Positions 46,302-56,113 of a stretch of DNA of 64,000 nucleotides are shown here, one piece after another. The DNA comes from an uncultured Candidatus Saccharibacteria bacterium. Lineage in GTDB: Bacteria; Patescibacteriota; Saccharimonadia; UBA4664; CAZOQX01. The position numbers and the translations under genes are program-made. The notes beneath the pieces were generated by a model that saw only the letters and a list, made by a program, of their open reading frames with translations, did no database searches and was not told the DNA's origin. The stretch's first letter is position 1; each line of letters opens with the position of its first letter. The DNA is taken from positions 1,115-65,114 of the forward strand of contig CAZOQX010000003.1 of the NCBI GenBank assembly GCA_964582465.1. The letters run 5' to 3'.

Positions 46302-48034
46302 TATAACTCCTTTACCTTGGCCGACAGCGCTTGGTGTTCGGCCATCAACTTTTGGGCCAAATCGCGCCTACCGGCTCGCTCGGCCTCTTTAATTTGATGC
46401 GTAATTTCTTCGTGGCGTCTCCGGGTGGCCAACACGACTAGTTCTTTTGCCAAGTGGAAGGCTTCGAAACTGCGGTCTTGCGGTCCGATCTCGGAATATT
46501 CTTCTTCGCCCTTTAATGAAAGGATTTTAACATAATCTGACAGTTCTGTCAGATCTCTCGCTATCTGGTCAGAAGTAGCGGCCGGCCTGGCTTTGAGAAA
46601 TTTGCAAATAGCTTGGTGCTCACTCCGGCTGAACAATTCTTCGTCCATATCGGCCAGGCTAGCGCGCAGATCGGGAAAGACTAAGTTCAGAGCCAGCAAG
46701 TTCTCCTCCACCACCTCTTCGCGGCTCAACTGCAGTGGGTCAGCCTTCTCCTTCGCCTCCATCTGGCGGACAGGCTTCGGCTCGGCTTGACTCAGTTTTT
46801 CTTTAATTACGGCGGGCTCACCATCGACCCGTTCAGCCAAAAGTTTAATGTAATGCTCTTGCTCCACCGGATCACGCAGATATTTGAGTACGGGTATGAT
46901 TTGATCGGTAAAACTGCGCTTGCCCAGGGCACTCGCCAGATCGCTGCCTGCCGCGTGGCGCTCAAACAACCAGTCCATGACGTATTTAGCCTCGGAAACG
47001 GCGGTTTGCCACAGCTCTGGCTTTTGCTTAATAAGCTCGTCGGGATCCTTGGCGCCAGCCATATCCACGACCGAAAGTGTTAAATTCAGCTGCTGGCTCA
47101 GGTCAATAGCCCGCTCCGTGGCACGCAGTCCGGCGGCGTCTTGATCAAAGGCCAGTTTGACGTTCTTTGTCAGCCGGCCAACCATCTTCAATTGGTCGAG
47201 CGTAAGCGCTGTGCCGCTCGAGGCTACCACCTGTTTCACGCCGGCCTGGTGGCTTGCCACGACGTCCATGTTCCCCTCTACTATTACAAGTTCGTCATGT
47301 TGTTTGACCGCCTCTTTGGCCAAGTGGAAGCCGTAGAGCACCCGACCCTTGTCATAAATCAGTGTCTGCGGGGTATTAAAATACTTTGGCCCGGTGGCCG
47401 TCGGATCAAGAATCCTCGCGGCGATGCCCACCGGCTCCCCGCGCTCATTAGAAATCGGAAAAGTTATGCGCCCACGAAACATATCAAACGTGCGATTGTC
47501 GCGCTGGCCCGTCAGCCCAGCCTGGTTGAGCTCAGCTATTGTAAAGCCCTGCTTGGTCATAAAGGTGGTCAGCCCTGACTGCGTCACCGGTGCATAGCCG
47601 AGCCGAAAATCTAGAATTGACTGCTTGGTCAGTCCGCGCTGCTTCATATAATCGAGGGCTCGCGGGTTCTTGGTCAGGCTAAGCTGATAGTACTTGACGG
47701 CAAGCGTCATGGCAGCCTTAAGCCGGTCTTTCAGCTTGGTGTTGCTCGGCCCCCGGCTCTTTAATTCCACCCCGGCCCGTTTAGCTAGCACCTCCAAGGC
47801 CTGCCGGAAATCCAAGCCTTCCATTTTCATCACGAATTTAAAGATGTCGCCGCCCTCGCCGCAGCCAAAGCAGTGCCAAATACCCTTTTCGGCGCTCACC
47901 ATCATACTAGGCGTCTTCTCGTTGTGGAACGGACAAACGCCTTTCATATTGCGCCCGGCTGGCTTGAGCTGAACGTAGCTAGCCACCACCTCGGCCACAC
48001 CCAGGCGTTCTTTAATTTCCGCCACTTCATCCAT
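46301..48034 (-). CDS. dnaG: DNA primase DnaG (start chosen at MDEVAEIKE...)
   Basis: The zinc-binding region ...[33 protein letters not shown]... and the TOPRIM domain ...[17 protein letters not shown]... The track ORF extends 183 nt upstream into GC-rich noncoding DNA. Confidence 0.9.
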   Translation of the reverse strand: MDEVAEIKERLGVAEVVASYVQLKPAGRNMKGVCPFHNEKTPSMMVSAEKGIWHCFGCGEGGDIFKFVMKMEGLDFRQALEVLAKRAGVELKSRGPSNTKLKDRLKAAMTLAVKYYQLSLTKNPRALDYMKQRGLTKQSILDFRLGYAPVTQSGLTTFMTKQGFTIAELNQAGLTGQRDNRTFDMFRGRITFPISNERGEPVGIAARILDPTATGPKYFNTPQTLIYDKGRVLYGFHLAKEAVKQHDELVIVEGNMDVVASHQAGVKQVVASSGTALTLDQLKMVGRLTKNVKLAFDQDAAGLRATERAIDLSQQLNLTLSVVDMAGAKDPDELIKQKPELWQTAVSEAKYVMDWLFERHAAGSDLASALGKRSFTDQIIPVLKYLRDPVEQEHYIKLLAERVDGEPAVIKEKLSQAEPKPVRQMEAKEKADPLQLSREEVVEENLLALNLVFPDLRASLADMDEELFSRSEHQAICKFLKARPAATSDQIARDLTELSDYVKILSLKGEEEYSEIGPQDRSFEAFHLAKELVVLATRRRHEEITHQIKEAERAGRRDLAQKLMAEHQALSAKVKEL

Positions 48035-48571
48035 TAGAAGTAATTGTAGCACTTGAAAGCAAGAGCCCCGCCGGATGACCGGCAGGGCCCGCTTGAACCG
48101 CTGTGCTGTGTCGTCACTGTGAGTTATAGATGCTGGCATCCTCGCGGATACTGGCGACACAGTGAGTGCACAGGAGGCAAGACCCCAGCCAGCAGTGCGA
48201 GCAATCCTCGCAGTCATGCGGCGGCCCCACCTTGAAGAAGTCCCGACGCCGCGTCGCGCTGTTCTGGCTCGGAGTCGCTTGCTCGGTACCCGGTGCTGCC
48301 ACAGGGAATCCTCTCTGGAAGACGAAAACGGAGACTGGGAGGGACTTGTCCTAGCATCTCAGACTCACCCACATACGCAGCTGCCATGGTCACTGTGCGT
48401 CCTAGTCATACGTGCCGCCACCTGGCCTCGGGCCCGAGTCGCAAGTGGGCGTCGCAGAGAACTTCTTGAACGACCAGCCGTCCGCTAGATCTAGAATATG
48501 ACGACATCCTTTCACGTTACAAGCATAAGGGCAGTTCGAACTTAAGCGTTTTATGTGATTAAATTAAGCTG

Positions 48572-49111
48572 ATGGAACCAACCACCGCCGGCCCTAATTA
48601 CAAGAAAGTCGCCCTCTTCGGCGGCCTAGGCCTAGCCGTCCTCATCGCGATCATCCTCATTTTTGCTAATCACTCCGCCGGGCCGGACAAACAATTCATG
48701 GAGCGAGAGACGGCGAACTTCCAGCAAGCTGTGGCTGTAGCCGCTACCGCCACAACCCAAAACTCCCAAACACCCGACGTCTTAAACGCCGCCGCGAGCA
48801 TGCGCGTAGTAATGCCGAGCGAGATCAACCAAATGAAGGACTGGGACAAAAAGTGGTACGGCGCCAATCTACCCCGTAATGCCGGCTCAATCAAAGTCGT
48901 AAAAGCCAATGCTGAGGCTTTGAATGGCTCGAGCAGTTTTGATAACGACTTTGTTGCGGCGATTTTACCCTACCTGAAAGATAGCCTCAGCATTGCCAAG
49001 CAGTTCCAGCCCACCCTGCAACACTCCGAAACTAAGGATTTAGCTGCGAGCATCATCCGCGATGTCAGCGCCCAAATCTCAACACTCCAGAAGATTAAAA
49101 CTTCACAATAG
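48572..49111 (+). CDS. Hypothetical membrane-anchored protein (179 aa)
   Basis: N-terminal TM helix (VALFGGLGLAVLIAIILIFA) then a soluble helical domain. No known motif. Confidence 0.5.
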   Translation: MEPTTAGPNYKKVALFGGLGLAVLIAIILIFANHSAGPDKQFMERETANFQQAVAVAATATTQNSQTPDVLNAAASMRVVMPSEINQMKDWDKKWYGANLPRNAGSIKVVKANAEALNGSSSFDNDFVAAILPYLKDSLSIAKQFQPTLQHSETKDLAASIIRDVSAQISTLQKIKTSQ

Positions 49112-49143
49112 CTCGGTAACTAGTAAAATTAGATCCTGGGCAA

Positions 49144-49233
49144 GGAGAGGTCGCATAGTGGCCTAGTGCGCTCGCTTGGAAAGCGGGTGAAGTCGCAAGG
49201 CTTCCGAGGGTTCGAATCCCTCCCTCTCCGCCA
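49144..49233 (+). tRNA. tRNA-Ser (anticodon GGA), class II with a long variable arm and an encoded CCA
   Basis: ggagagg acceptor stem, D-arm gcatagtggcctagtgc, anticodon stem-loop ctcgc-ttGGAaa-gcggg, a long variable arm, T-arm gggttcgaatccc, and ...cctctcc gcca. Confidence 0.85.
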
Positions 49234-49254
49234 ATTTCAAAAAGGTTTGACTTT

Positions 49255-49292
49255 AAAAAGTGATGCCCCGCCTCACGACGGGGCATCACTTT
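49255..49292. terminator. Bidirectional rho-independent terminator
   Basis: aaaagtgatgccccg-cctcacga-cggggcatcactttt is a perfect 11-bp stem flanked by A/T runs. Confidence 0.65.
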
Positions 49293-49315
49293 TGATGCAT
49301 TGTCGATCAGCGGGA

Positions 49316-49651
49316 CTAAATGAGCTGGGAGAGAGCCGCTCGGTCCTCGGCCATCCACAGGTACCCCTTGCGGGTGGTGGTATTGACGAATCCCCCCACT
49401 GCCCACCTCTTGTGGGTCTCGATTACTTCGCCGTCCAACGTCTCAGACATGACCATGCCCTCGATGTTGTGCGTGTGACCAGAACCGTCCTCGTGCTCGA
49501 GACGGCGGATGCGTGCGTAGACGGTGTGGCCATTCGCGAGATCGAGCTTGGCGAACAGTTTCACCGGACTGAAGGCGAATTTATAGCAATCCGCCAGTCG
49601 ATCGTCAGAAGGACAATCGACTATCTCGAGCTTTTCCAACCAATTCGTCAT
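49316..49651 (-). CDS. Hypothetical protein (111 aa) in a high-GC islet adjacent to tRNA-Ser
   Basis: Clean ORF, His-rich (HEDGSGHTHNIEGMV). No motif recognised. Confidence 0.4.
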   Translation of the reverse strand: MTNWLEKLEIVDCPSDDRLADCYKFAFSPVKLFAKLDLANGHTVYARIRRLEHEDGSGHTHNIEGMVMSETLDGEVIETHKRWAVGGFVNTTTRKGYLWMAEDRAALSQLI

Positions 49652-49816
49652 GCCACCCCCTTTGGGGTACGGTGTCTGTCAGGCCGACACTCTCGCCGTT
49701 ACTCCTTTGGGGAGTCACCAGCCCATACGAGCTGGGATTTAATTAGGATAATACCACTTAAGCTTTAGTTTGTCAATTGATTAGCCAAACCACTGACGCG
49801 GATTTACAATTAGGCT

Positions 49817-50497
49817 ATGCTCGTAATCGCCCTCAAGCAAGTTAACAAAGTTTTTCACGACCAGGCCACCCCGACGCCCGTATTATTCGATATTAATATT
49901 GAAGTGAGTAAGGGCGATTTTGTAGCCATTAGCGGGCCGTCCGGGTCGGGCAAATCAACTCTAATGAACATCTTGGGCCTGCTAGATACTCCCACCAGCG
50001 GCCACTATCTGCTAGACGGCAAGGAAGTTGGTAATCTGCCCGACCGCAAGTTGGCCAAATTCCGGCGCCAGAAAATCGGCTTCGTTTTCCAGAACTTTAA
50101 TCTCATCCCCCGCCTAACGCTATTACAAAATATCGAGCTACCGATGATCTACGCCGGTCTTAGCGCCAAGGAGCGCCACGCCCGCGCCGCTCGGCTCTTA
50201 AAACAAGTCGGGCTAGACGCCTTCGCCGACTATAAACCCACCCAGGTCTCCGGCGGCCAAGCCCAGCGCGTCGCTATCGCCCGAGCCCTCGCCAATAAGC
50301 CAAGTCTGCTGCTAGCCGACGAACCCACCGGCAACTTGGACAGCAAAAATAGCCGGGCCATCATGGAGCAGCTCAAAGTCCTGAATAAAGCCGGCGTCAC
50401 CATTATCGTGGTTACCCATAATCCAGAGGTAGCCGCCTTTACCCACCGCACCATTACCGTTCGCGACGGCCGCATCCAACCCAGGAGAACCGTATGA
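49817..50497 (+). CDS. ABC transporter ATP-binding protein (MacB/LolD/FtsE-like)
   Basis: Walker A GPSGSGKSTL, Q-loop, signature LSGGQAQRVAIARAL and Walker B LLLADEPTGNLD. Confidence 0.85.
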   Translation: MLVIALKQVNKVFHDQATPTPVLFDINIEVSKGDFVAISGPSGSGKSTLMNILGLLDTPTSGHYLLDGKEVGNLPDRKLAKFRRQKIGFVFQNFNLIPRLTLLQNIELPMIYAGLSAKERHARAARLLKQVGLDAFADYKPTQVSGGQAQRVAIARALANKPSLLLADEPTGNLDSKNSRAIMEQLKVLNKAGVTIIVVTHNPEVAAFTHRTITVRDGRIQPRRTV

Positions 50498-51717
50498 TCT
50501 GGGAAAACTTTAAAATGGCCCTACGTTCGCTACGTGGCGCCAAGCTGCGCTCATTCCTAACCATGCTCGGCATTATCATTGGTGTAGCATCGGTTACAAC
50601 AATCATCGCGATTGGCCAAGGCGTCAAAGTTGAGGTCGCCAAGCAAATTAATAGTTTTGGTGCCAATAGCGTTTTTATTACGCCGGGACAATTAATTACC
50701 ACCGACAAAAACGGCAAAACTTCCCTAAACCCCTCCGCCGGCGCTGGGACCACTACTCTAACCTCCCAGGACGTCGATTCGGTAAAAAAACTAGCCCACA
50801 TTACAAGTGTAGCCCCGATCAGTCTGTTCTCGGGTTTGATCTCTCAGGGAGCCAGCCAGGACCCGTCGGCCCTCCTACTTGCTACCACCCCGAGTTTTAA
50901 TGAAATTCAAAAACAAACCCTTGCGGCTGGCCGCTTCCTAAAGACTACCGATACGACTCAGGATGTGGTGGTACTCGGCAGCAAGGCTGCTGCCAGCTTA
51001 TTTGGCGATCACGCCGCCGTGGGCCAAACCGTTACAATTCGAACTACGCCGTTCAAAGTCGTTGGCGTTTTTGCTGCCTCACCAAACACCGGTTTTAATT
51101 TCGGCCCCAGTCTGGACGATGCCGTCTACATCCCCGAAAATAGCGCCGTTAAGCTCACCAAAAGCCCACTTCAGATCCTGAGAATCGTGGTCGAAGTTGA
51201 CTCAGCTAGCTCGGTAAACCCTGCCGTTTCCAGCTTAAAGCAGCAACTGCTTAAAAATCATGGCGGCCAAGAGGACTTCAGCGTGCTAAAGCAATCAGAT
51301 ATTATCAGCGCCACCGGCCAAATATTAAATCTGCTAACCACCTTCATAGTCGCCATCGCTTCGATCGCCCTCTTGGTTGGCGGCATCGGCATTATGAATA
51401 TCATGCTGGTGTCGGTCACCGAGCGCACTCGCGAGATCGGCATCCGCAAGGCCATCGGCGCCTCCGCTTCCATCATTATGCTGCAGTTTTTAATCGAAGC
51501 GGTGGTGATCAGCTTCATCGGTGGGCTCCTGGGCCTCGGCCTATCGCTTGTGCAGGGACAACTGGCGGAGAAATTCGCGAAAATTCATCCGGTCTATACG
51601 CTCGGTGCTATTTTGCTCGCCTTCGGTGTTTCAACGCTAATAGGCGTGGTCTTTGGCATCGCGCCAGCTATCAAGGCAGCCCGCAAGCGCCCAATCCAAG
51701 CGTTAAGATACGAGTAA
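50494..51717 (+). CDS. ABC transporter permease, FtsX-like/MacB-type (four TM helices plus a large extracytoplasmic domain)
   Basis: N-terminal TM helix, an extracytoplasmic domain of ~250 aa, the C-terminal 3-TM FtsX domain ...ERTREIGIRKAIGAS... 4-nt overlap with the ATPase gene. Confidence 0.8.
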   Translation: MIWENFKMALRSLRGAKLRSFLTMLGIIIGVASVTTIIAIGQGVKVEVAKQINSFGANSVFITPGQLITTDKNGKTSLNPSAGAGTTTLTSQDVDSVKKLAHITSVAPISLFSGLISQGASQDPSALLLATTPSFNEIQKQTLAAGRFLKTTDTTQDVVVLGSKAAASLFGDHAAVGQTVTIRTTPFKVVGVFAASPNTGFNFGPSLDDAVYIPENSAVKLTKSPLQILRIVVEVDSASSVNPAVSSLKQQLLKNHGGQEDFSVLKQSDIISATGQILNLLTTFIVAIASIALLVGGIGIMNIMLVSVTERTREIGIRKAIGASASIIMLQFLIEAVVISFIGGLLGLGLSLVQGQLAEKFAKIHPVYTLGAILLAFGVSTLIGVVFGIAPAIKAARKRPIQALRYE

Positions 51718-51720
51718 CAA

Positions 51721-52734
51721 CTAGCCTAATTCTTTTTTAAGCTCTTCAACCAAATCGACAGGCAGTGGATCAACCCGGTTTAGAAATGCGAGATACACGC
51801 TCACGAAATCGCCGAGCAGCGTCGTCCATAAAATCTGCTGGATCTTGGTTTCGCCCTTGGCCTCCACTACCAGGGGCTTAGGCATATGCCCAGCGAGCAG
51901 ACGGCTCACGATGTCGTAGCTTTTAACAACGCGTGGATGATCAAAGCTGGATTTAATCTGCACCACTTTCAGCTTTGGTTGCTCCGGGTGGAGCCATCCT
52001 TGGAATTCGTTGTGTTTAAATTCAGGCCAGAGGTAATAAAAAGCTAGATTCTTGGCGTTTTCATTCAGATCAATCTTCCACTTTAAAACTGCCGGCGCCA
52101 TTTGGGTGCTACCGTAAACCACCACGACGTGCCCCTGCAGATCCTGGGCCAGTTGCTTTGCGGGGTTATTCGCCACCGACTTGTCTTTACTCCAGCTAGC
52201 GATTTCTTTAATTAACCACTCCCCCGCTTCTTCCAGCTCAGCCGTTGCACCACTAACTAGACCGACCGACTCAAGTAGCGTCGCCAGTGCTTTGAGCGCA
52301 AAGAAAACGGCCAGGCGGGGCTGCAGGGCCGCTGGGACTTTGAGCATAGGGATTTGCTCGCGTTCGGCCACCTTTTCCAGATCTCCGCCAGAGGCTAAGA
52401 TGACAACTTTAGCATTCCTCCCCTTGGCGTCCTCGAGCGCAGATAGTGCCTCCTCGGTATCACCTGAGTAACTAGAAGCTATCACTAAAGTATTTTCACC
52501 CACCCAAGCCGGCAAATTATAATCACGCACGATTTCGAAGGGCACTTGCAGATCGTCACGCAACCAACACTTAATAAATTCACCTGGCAATGCCGACCCA
52601 CCCATTCCGACAAGAACCACGTTGCTGGGCAGAGGCAGATTAATAGCAAGCGGAAATTGCTGTTTCAGTTGGGTTAGTTGGCCGGCGATTACTGCCAGTG
52701 CATTACCTTGATCAACCTCACGAACATCAGACAT
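51721..52734 (-). CDS. Bifunctional phosphoglucose/phosphomannose isomerase (SIS-domain, PGI/PMI family)
   Basis: ...VVLVGMGGSALPGE... and a second SIS-like half ...VVILASGGD... The length of ~337 aa matches the archaeal-type PGI/PMI. Confidence 0.6.
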   Translation of the reverse strand: MSDVREVDQGNALAVIAGQLTQLKQQFPLAINLPLPSNVVLVGMGGSALPGEFIKCWLRDDLQVPFEIVRDYNLPAWVGENTLVIASSYSGDTEEALSALEDAKGRNAKVVILASGGDLEKVAEREQIPMLKVPAALQPRLAVFFALKALATLLESVGLVSGATAELEEAGEWLIKEIASWSKDKSVANNPAKQLAQDLQGHVVVVYGSTQMAPAVLKWKIDLNENAKNLAFYYLWPEFKHNEFQGWLHPEQPKLKVVQIKSSFDHPRVVKSYDIVSRLLAGHMPKPLVVEAKGETKIQQILWTTLLGDFVSVYLAFLNRVDPLPVDLVEELKKELG

Positions 52735-52815
52735 GTCTCTATTATGCCATAAACGTATGATGCAAGAAGCCCGCCATCCAGGCGAAACTCCTCGCGTCAG
52801 ATGACGGGCATGTGG

Positions 52816-53205
52816 CTAGTCGGGGTAGATGGGCTCATCCCCGGTCATAATGAAGTGAAGGAAGACGTCTGCTACCCCTGGCAAGGCTTCATCCTCTGCC
52901 GGCTTATCCTTTACCGGGTCGCGGCCCTTCCAGCTCAAGAACTCGACAGCTGCCCTCATCGACAGCGAGCGGCGCACCTCTTGAGCTGAGAGTCGTGTGT
53001 GCTCTCTTGGGACCTCTTCAACCGTGGTATCGGCGCCGCTTGCGTCGATGTAAGCAGAGATGACCAGGGTCGTGGCCAAGACATTGCGAATCCTCACTAT
53101 CCCAACGGGCGAATGTACCGCACCCGCCGCCCGGGGATGCCATAAAGACAGGGCCTGGAACAAAGCTGTGGCCCGAATGTCTTCTTCTCTTGAGAGCAGA
53201 CTCAC
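52816..53205 (-). CDS. Questionable hypothetical ORF (129 aa) in a high-GC islet between groEL and pgi/pmi
   Basis: Only overlapping, mutually exclusive ORFs exist here on both strands. Coding status cannot be resolved by eye. Confidence 0.2.
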   Translation of the reverse strand: MSLLSREEDIRATALFQALSLWHPRAAGAVHSPVGIVRIRNVLATTLVISAYIDASGADTTVEEVPREHTRLSAQEVRRSLSMRAAVEFLSWKGRDPVKDKPAEDEALPGVADVFLHFIMTGDEPIYPD

Positions 53206-53279
53206 TTTCCCTCCTCGGGGCTGGGTCCAACCAATTTTTCATCACCTCGAAGTAATTTACAAGCATAACAAAAAAGGAG

Positions 53280-53306
53280 CACGCGGGCTCCTTTTTGAAA
53301 ATCGTG
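53280..53306. terminator. Rho-independent terminator of the groES-groEL operon (bidirectional hairpin)
   Basis: aaaaaggagc-acgcgg-gctcctttttg, about 10 nt after the groEL stop on the minus strand. Confidence 0.65.
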
Positions 53307-53315
53307 GGTTAGGCC

Positions 53316-54989
53316 TTAGTAGTCCATGCCGCCCATGGGCATGCCGCCGCCCGGCGCGCCGCCGGCCGCAGGCGGTTCGGGAATATCCACTACCAGAGCA
53401 CCCATGGTCATGGCCGTCCCGGCCACACTCACAGCGTTTTGGATAGCTTCTTTCGTGACCTTGGCCGGATCCACAATCCCTTTAGTTTTCATATCAACCA
53501 GTTTATCCGGCTCGTTCACATCAAATCCATGACCGAACGCGCCGTCCCAAACTTGGGCTAGTTTTTGCTCGGCATTCAAACCGGCATTAGCCATTAACTG
53601 CTTAAACGGCTCCTGCAAAGCACTGGCGAGAATCTTGGCCCCAGCTAATTGGGTTTCCGAGAGCTTGGGGTTGTTCTGGCTGAGCACCTTCGCGAAGTTC
53701 ACTAGCGTCACTTCCCCGCCCGGCACAATCCCCTCGGCCACCGCCGCCTTGGTCGCAGCCACGGCATCATCAACTCGGAATTTCTTTTCTTCAATCTCAG
53801 TTTCGGTCGCGCCACCAACCTTGATGACAGCAACTTTGCCTTTTAGAGCAGCTAGTCGCTTCTCGAAGTTTTCCTTTTCGAATTCGCTAGTAGCCTTTTC
53901 GACCTGCAGCTTCAATTGAGAAATGCGATCTTTAATGGCCGCCGGGTCACCGTATCCCTCAACAATCGTGGTGTTATCCTTGTCGGCTACAATCTTGCGC
54001 GCGCTGCCGAGCATACTCACATCGGCATTCTCAAAGGTATGGCCCTGGTCCTCAGAGATCATGGTGGCACCAGTGAGAACGGCAATGTCTTCAAGAATGG
54101 CCTTGCGGCGATCACCAAAGGCCGGCGCCTTGATGGCGAGCGTATTAAAGACGCCTTTCAAACGGTTCAAGACAAGCGTGGCTAGAGCCTCGCCCTCAAC
54201 GTCTTCGGCAATAATGACGAGCTCTTTCTTCCCGCCCTGGGCAATTTTCTCGAGTAGCGGCAAAATTTCTTGAATTGAGCCGACCTTTTTGTCGGTCACC
54301 AAAATTAAAGGTTTTTCGTAAACGGCTTCCATGCGCCCCGGATCGGTCACCATATAGGCGCTGACGTAACCGCGATCAATTTGGAAACCTTCAACCACTT
54401 CGCTTTCAATCCCCAAGCTCTGGGACTGCTCGACGGTGACGGAGCCATCTTCGCCGACCGCCTCGATGACATTTGCGATCATCTGACCGATCTCGGGGTT
54501 GCCAGCCGAAACGGTGGCAACTTGAGCGATCTTTTCCTTCTTGCCTTTAATCTGCTCCGTCACTCCCGCTTTGCCGAGGTAGCCTAGGACAAAATCTTGG
54601 GCGTATTCCAAGCCTTTGCGCAGTTCCATTGGGTTATGACCAGCCGTAATAAGCTTGTTGGCCTCACTTAAGATGTGGTAGGCCAGAATTGTGGCAGTAG
54701 TGGTGCCGTCGCCAACTTGGTCGTTGGTCTTGGATGCGGCCTCTTTGATCAATTCGGCCCCGACTTTGTGGCCCAGCGTGTCAGTATCTTTATCTTGTTT
54801 TTCAGCCACTTCGATGGCCTTAGCCACTGTCACGCCATCATGCGTCACAGTCTGGTTACCATAACTTTTACCAATCACAACATTGCGGCCCTTCGGCCCC
54901 ATCGTCACGCGCACGGCGTCGTAGAGTTCTTTGGCGCCGGCGAGCACCCGATTGCGCGCTTCGTCATCATAGTAAACTTTCTTTGCCAT
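53316..54989 (-). CDS. groEL: Chaperonin GroEL
   Basis: MAKKVYYDDEARNRVLAGAKELYDAVRVTMGPKGRNVVI... with a GGM-repeat C-terminus. Confidence 0.95.
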   Translation of the reverse strand: MAKKVYYDDEARNRVLAGAKELYDAVRVTMGPKGRNVVIGKSYGNQTVTHDGVTVAKAIEVAEKQDKDTDTLGHKVGAELIKEAASKTNDQVGDGTTTATILAYHILSEANKLITAGHNPMELRKGLEYAQDFVLGYLGKAGVTEQIKGKKEKIAQVATVSAGNPEIGQMIANVIEAVGEDGSVTVEQSQSLGIESEVVEGFQIDRGYVSAYMVTDPGRMEAVYEKPLILVTDKKVGSIQEILPLLEKIAQGGKKELVIIAEDVEGEALATLVLNRLKGVFNTLAIKAPAFGDRRKAILEDIAVLTGATMISEDQGHTFENADVSMLGSARKIVADKDNTTIVEGYGDPAAIKDRISQLKLQVEKATSEFEKENFEKRLAALKGKVAVIKVGGATETEIEEKKFRVDDAVAATKAAVAEGIVPGGEVTLVNFAKVLSQNNPKLSETQLAGAKILASALQEPFKQLMANAGLNAEQKLAQVWDGAFGHGFDVNEPDKLVDMKTKGIVDPAKVTKEAIQNAVSVAGTAMTMGALVVDIPEPPAAGGAPGGGMPMGGMDY

Positions 54990-54998
54990 TCTTCTCTC

Positions 54999-55265
54999 CT
55001 ACTTCTTTACGACTGCGAGGACATCTTCCTCTTTTAATAACAAAAGCTCTTCGCCACTCACCTTCACTTCGGTGGGCCCGTATTTGGTGTACATGATCTT
55101 GTCGCCCACCTTTACTTCTTTCACATCTTTGCCGACTGCCACTACCTCGCCCATTTGGGGTTTTTCTTTGGCAGTATCGGGCAAAATAATGCCTCCTGGT
55201 GAGCGGTCTTCGGCTTCCAGCGATTTTGCGACCAGACGGTCAGCCAAAGGCTGTAATTTCATCAT
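54999..55265 (-). CDS. groES: Co-chaperonin GroES
   Basis: MMKLQPLADRLVAKSLEAEDRSPGGIILPDTAKEKPQMGEVVAVG... Confidence 0.9.
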   Translation of the reverse strand: MMKLQPLADRLVAKSLEAEDRSPGGIILPDTAKEKPQMGEVVAVGKDVKEVKVGDKIMYTKYGPTEVKVSGEELLLLKEEDVLAVVKK

Positions 55266-55338
55266 TGCCTCCTTAAAGCGCTTAAGTATTTAGCACTCGC
55301 AGTATATGAGTGCTAACGCTAGAAATATGGTAGCTAGA

Positions 55339-56109
55339 TCAATTCTTAGTGTCAAGCGTGGCCGCTTCGATCAGACCCTCTATCTGACGTGCCGTGTCCT
55401 CTGGGCCTTTCACCTTAATCACGTCATACCCAGCCAGCTTCACCACCTCGTCATTACCCCCTGGGGCGAGAGCATCACCAACGTAAACCACCTGGTCCCT
55501 CTCTAGGCCCAACACATCTTTAAGCTTAGTGATGGCGGTGGCCTTGTCCACTCCTTGCAGAGTTACATCAATCGAGGTTAGTCCGGCAGTATGTACGGCG
55601 TAATCAGGCAACTTGGGGATGAGCGCCGCGCGCAACCTGGCCCTCTTGATGCCATCAGGGTCCCAGGACTGCTTCTCTCCAAGCTTGGCCTGCTGCCCTA
55701 GGGCCGAAAATGTCATTTGGCTAACGCGGTCTTCAATAATTTCCCCAGCCGGCTGCGGTTCCCAGTAGCCGAGCTGCTTCGCCGTTTGTTCAATAATTGC
55801 GGCAATGCTTGCCTTCGCCGCCGCCGGAATCTCGTCCGCATAAATCTCGGTCCAAGCCGATCTATCCAAATCGTAACGAAAATAATTCGTGCCGTTCGTC
55901 GGCAAAATGTGCAGATTCTTTAGCTCCTCGACACTAGCCCGTAGCGGGTCAATCAGCTGGGTTTGGAAGCGCTCAAAGGCCGCCCCGCTAGTTACCGCCA
56001 CCTCGTATCGCGCGAGCAGTTTACGCATCAGCTCCGCCATCTCGGCACTAAGTTCCACTTTGCTTTCGGTGAGTGTGCCATCCAAATCAAAAACGATCAG
56101 CTTCTTCAT
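55339..56109 (-). CDS. HAD-superfamily hydrolase (start MKKLIVFDLDGTL)
   Basis: DxDGT motif I (FDLDGTL). The downstream ...GDALAPGGNDE... is consistent with HAD motif IV. Confidence 0.7.
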   Translation of the reverse strand: MKKLIVFDLDGTLTESKVELSAEMAELMRKLLARYEVAVTSGAAFERFQTQLIDPLRASVEELKNLHILPTNGTNYFRYDLDRSAWTEIYADEIPAAAKASIAAIIEQTAKQLGYWEPQPAGEIIEDRVSQMTFSALGQQAKLGEKQSWDPDGIKRARLRAALIPKLPDYAVHTAGLTSIDVTLQGVDKATAITKLKDVLGLERDQVVYVGDALAPGGNDEVVKLAGYDVIKVKGPEDTARQIEGLIEAATLDTKN

Positions 56110-56113
56110 AATT

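Noticed and set aside
48114-48488. Cys-rich 62-aa ORF (minus strand) and 108-aa ORF (plus strand) in the dnaG upstream gap
   Set aside because: They are mutually overlapping, with no RBS. GC-rich sequence inflates the ORF length expected by chance. I kept the region only as a noncoding or unknown finding.
53018-53446. ORFs 53018-53266 (minus strand) and 53060-53446 (plus strand)
   Set aside because: They run across the groEL terminator hairpin and into groEL antisense, and are not credible.
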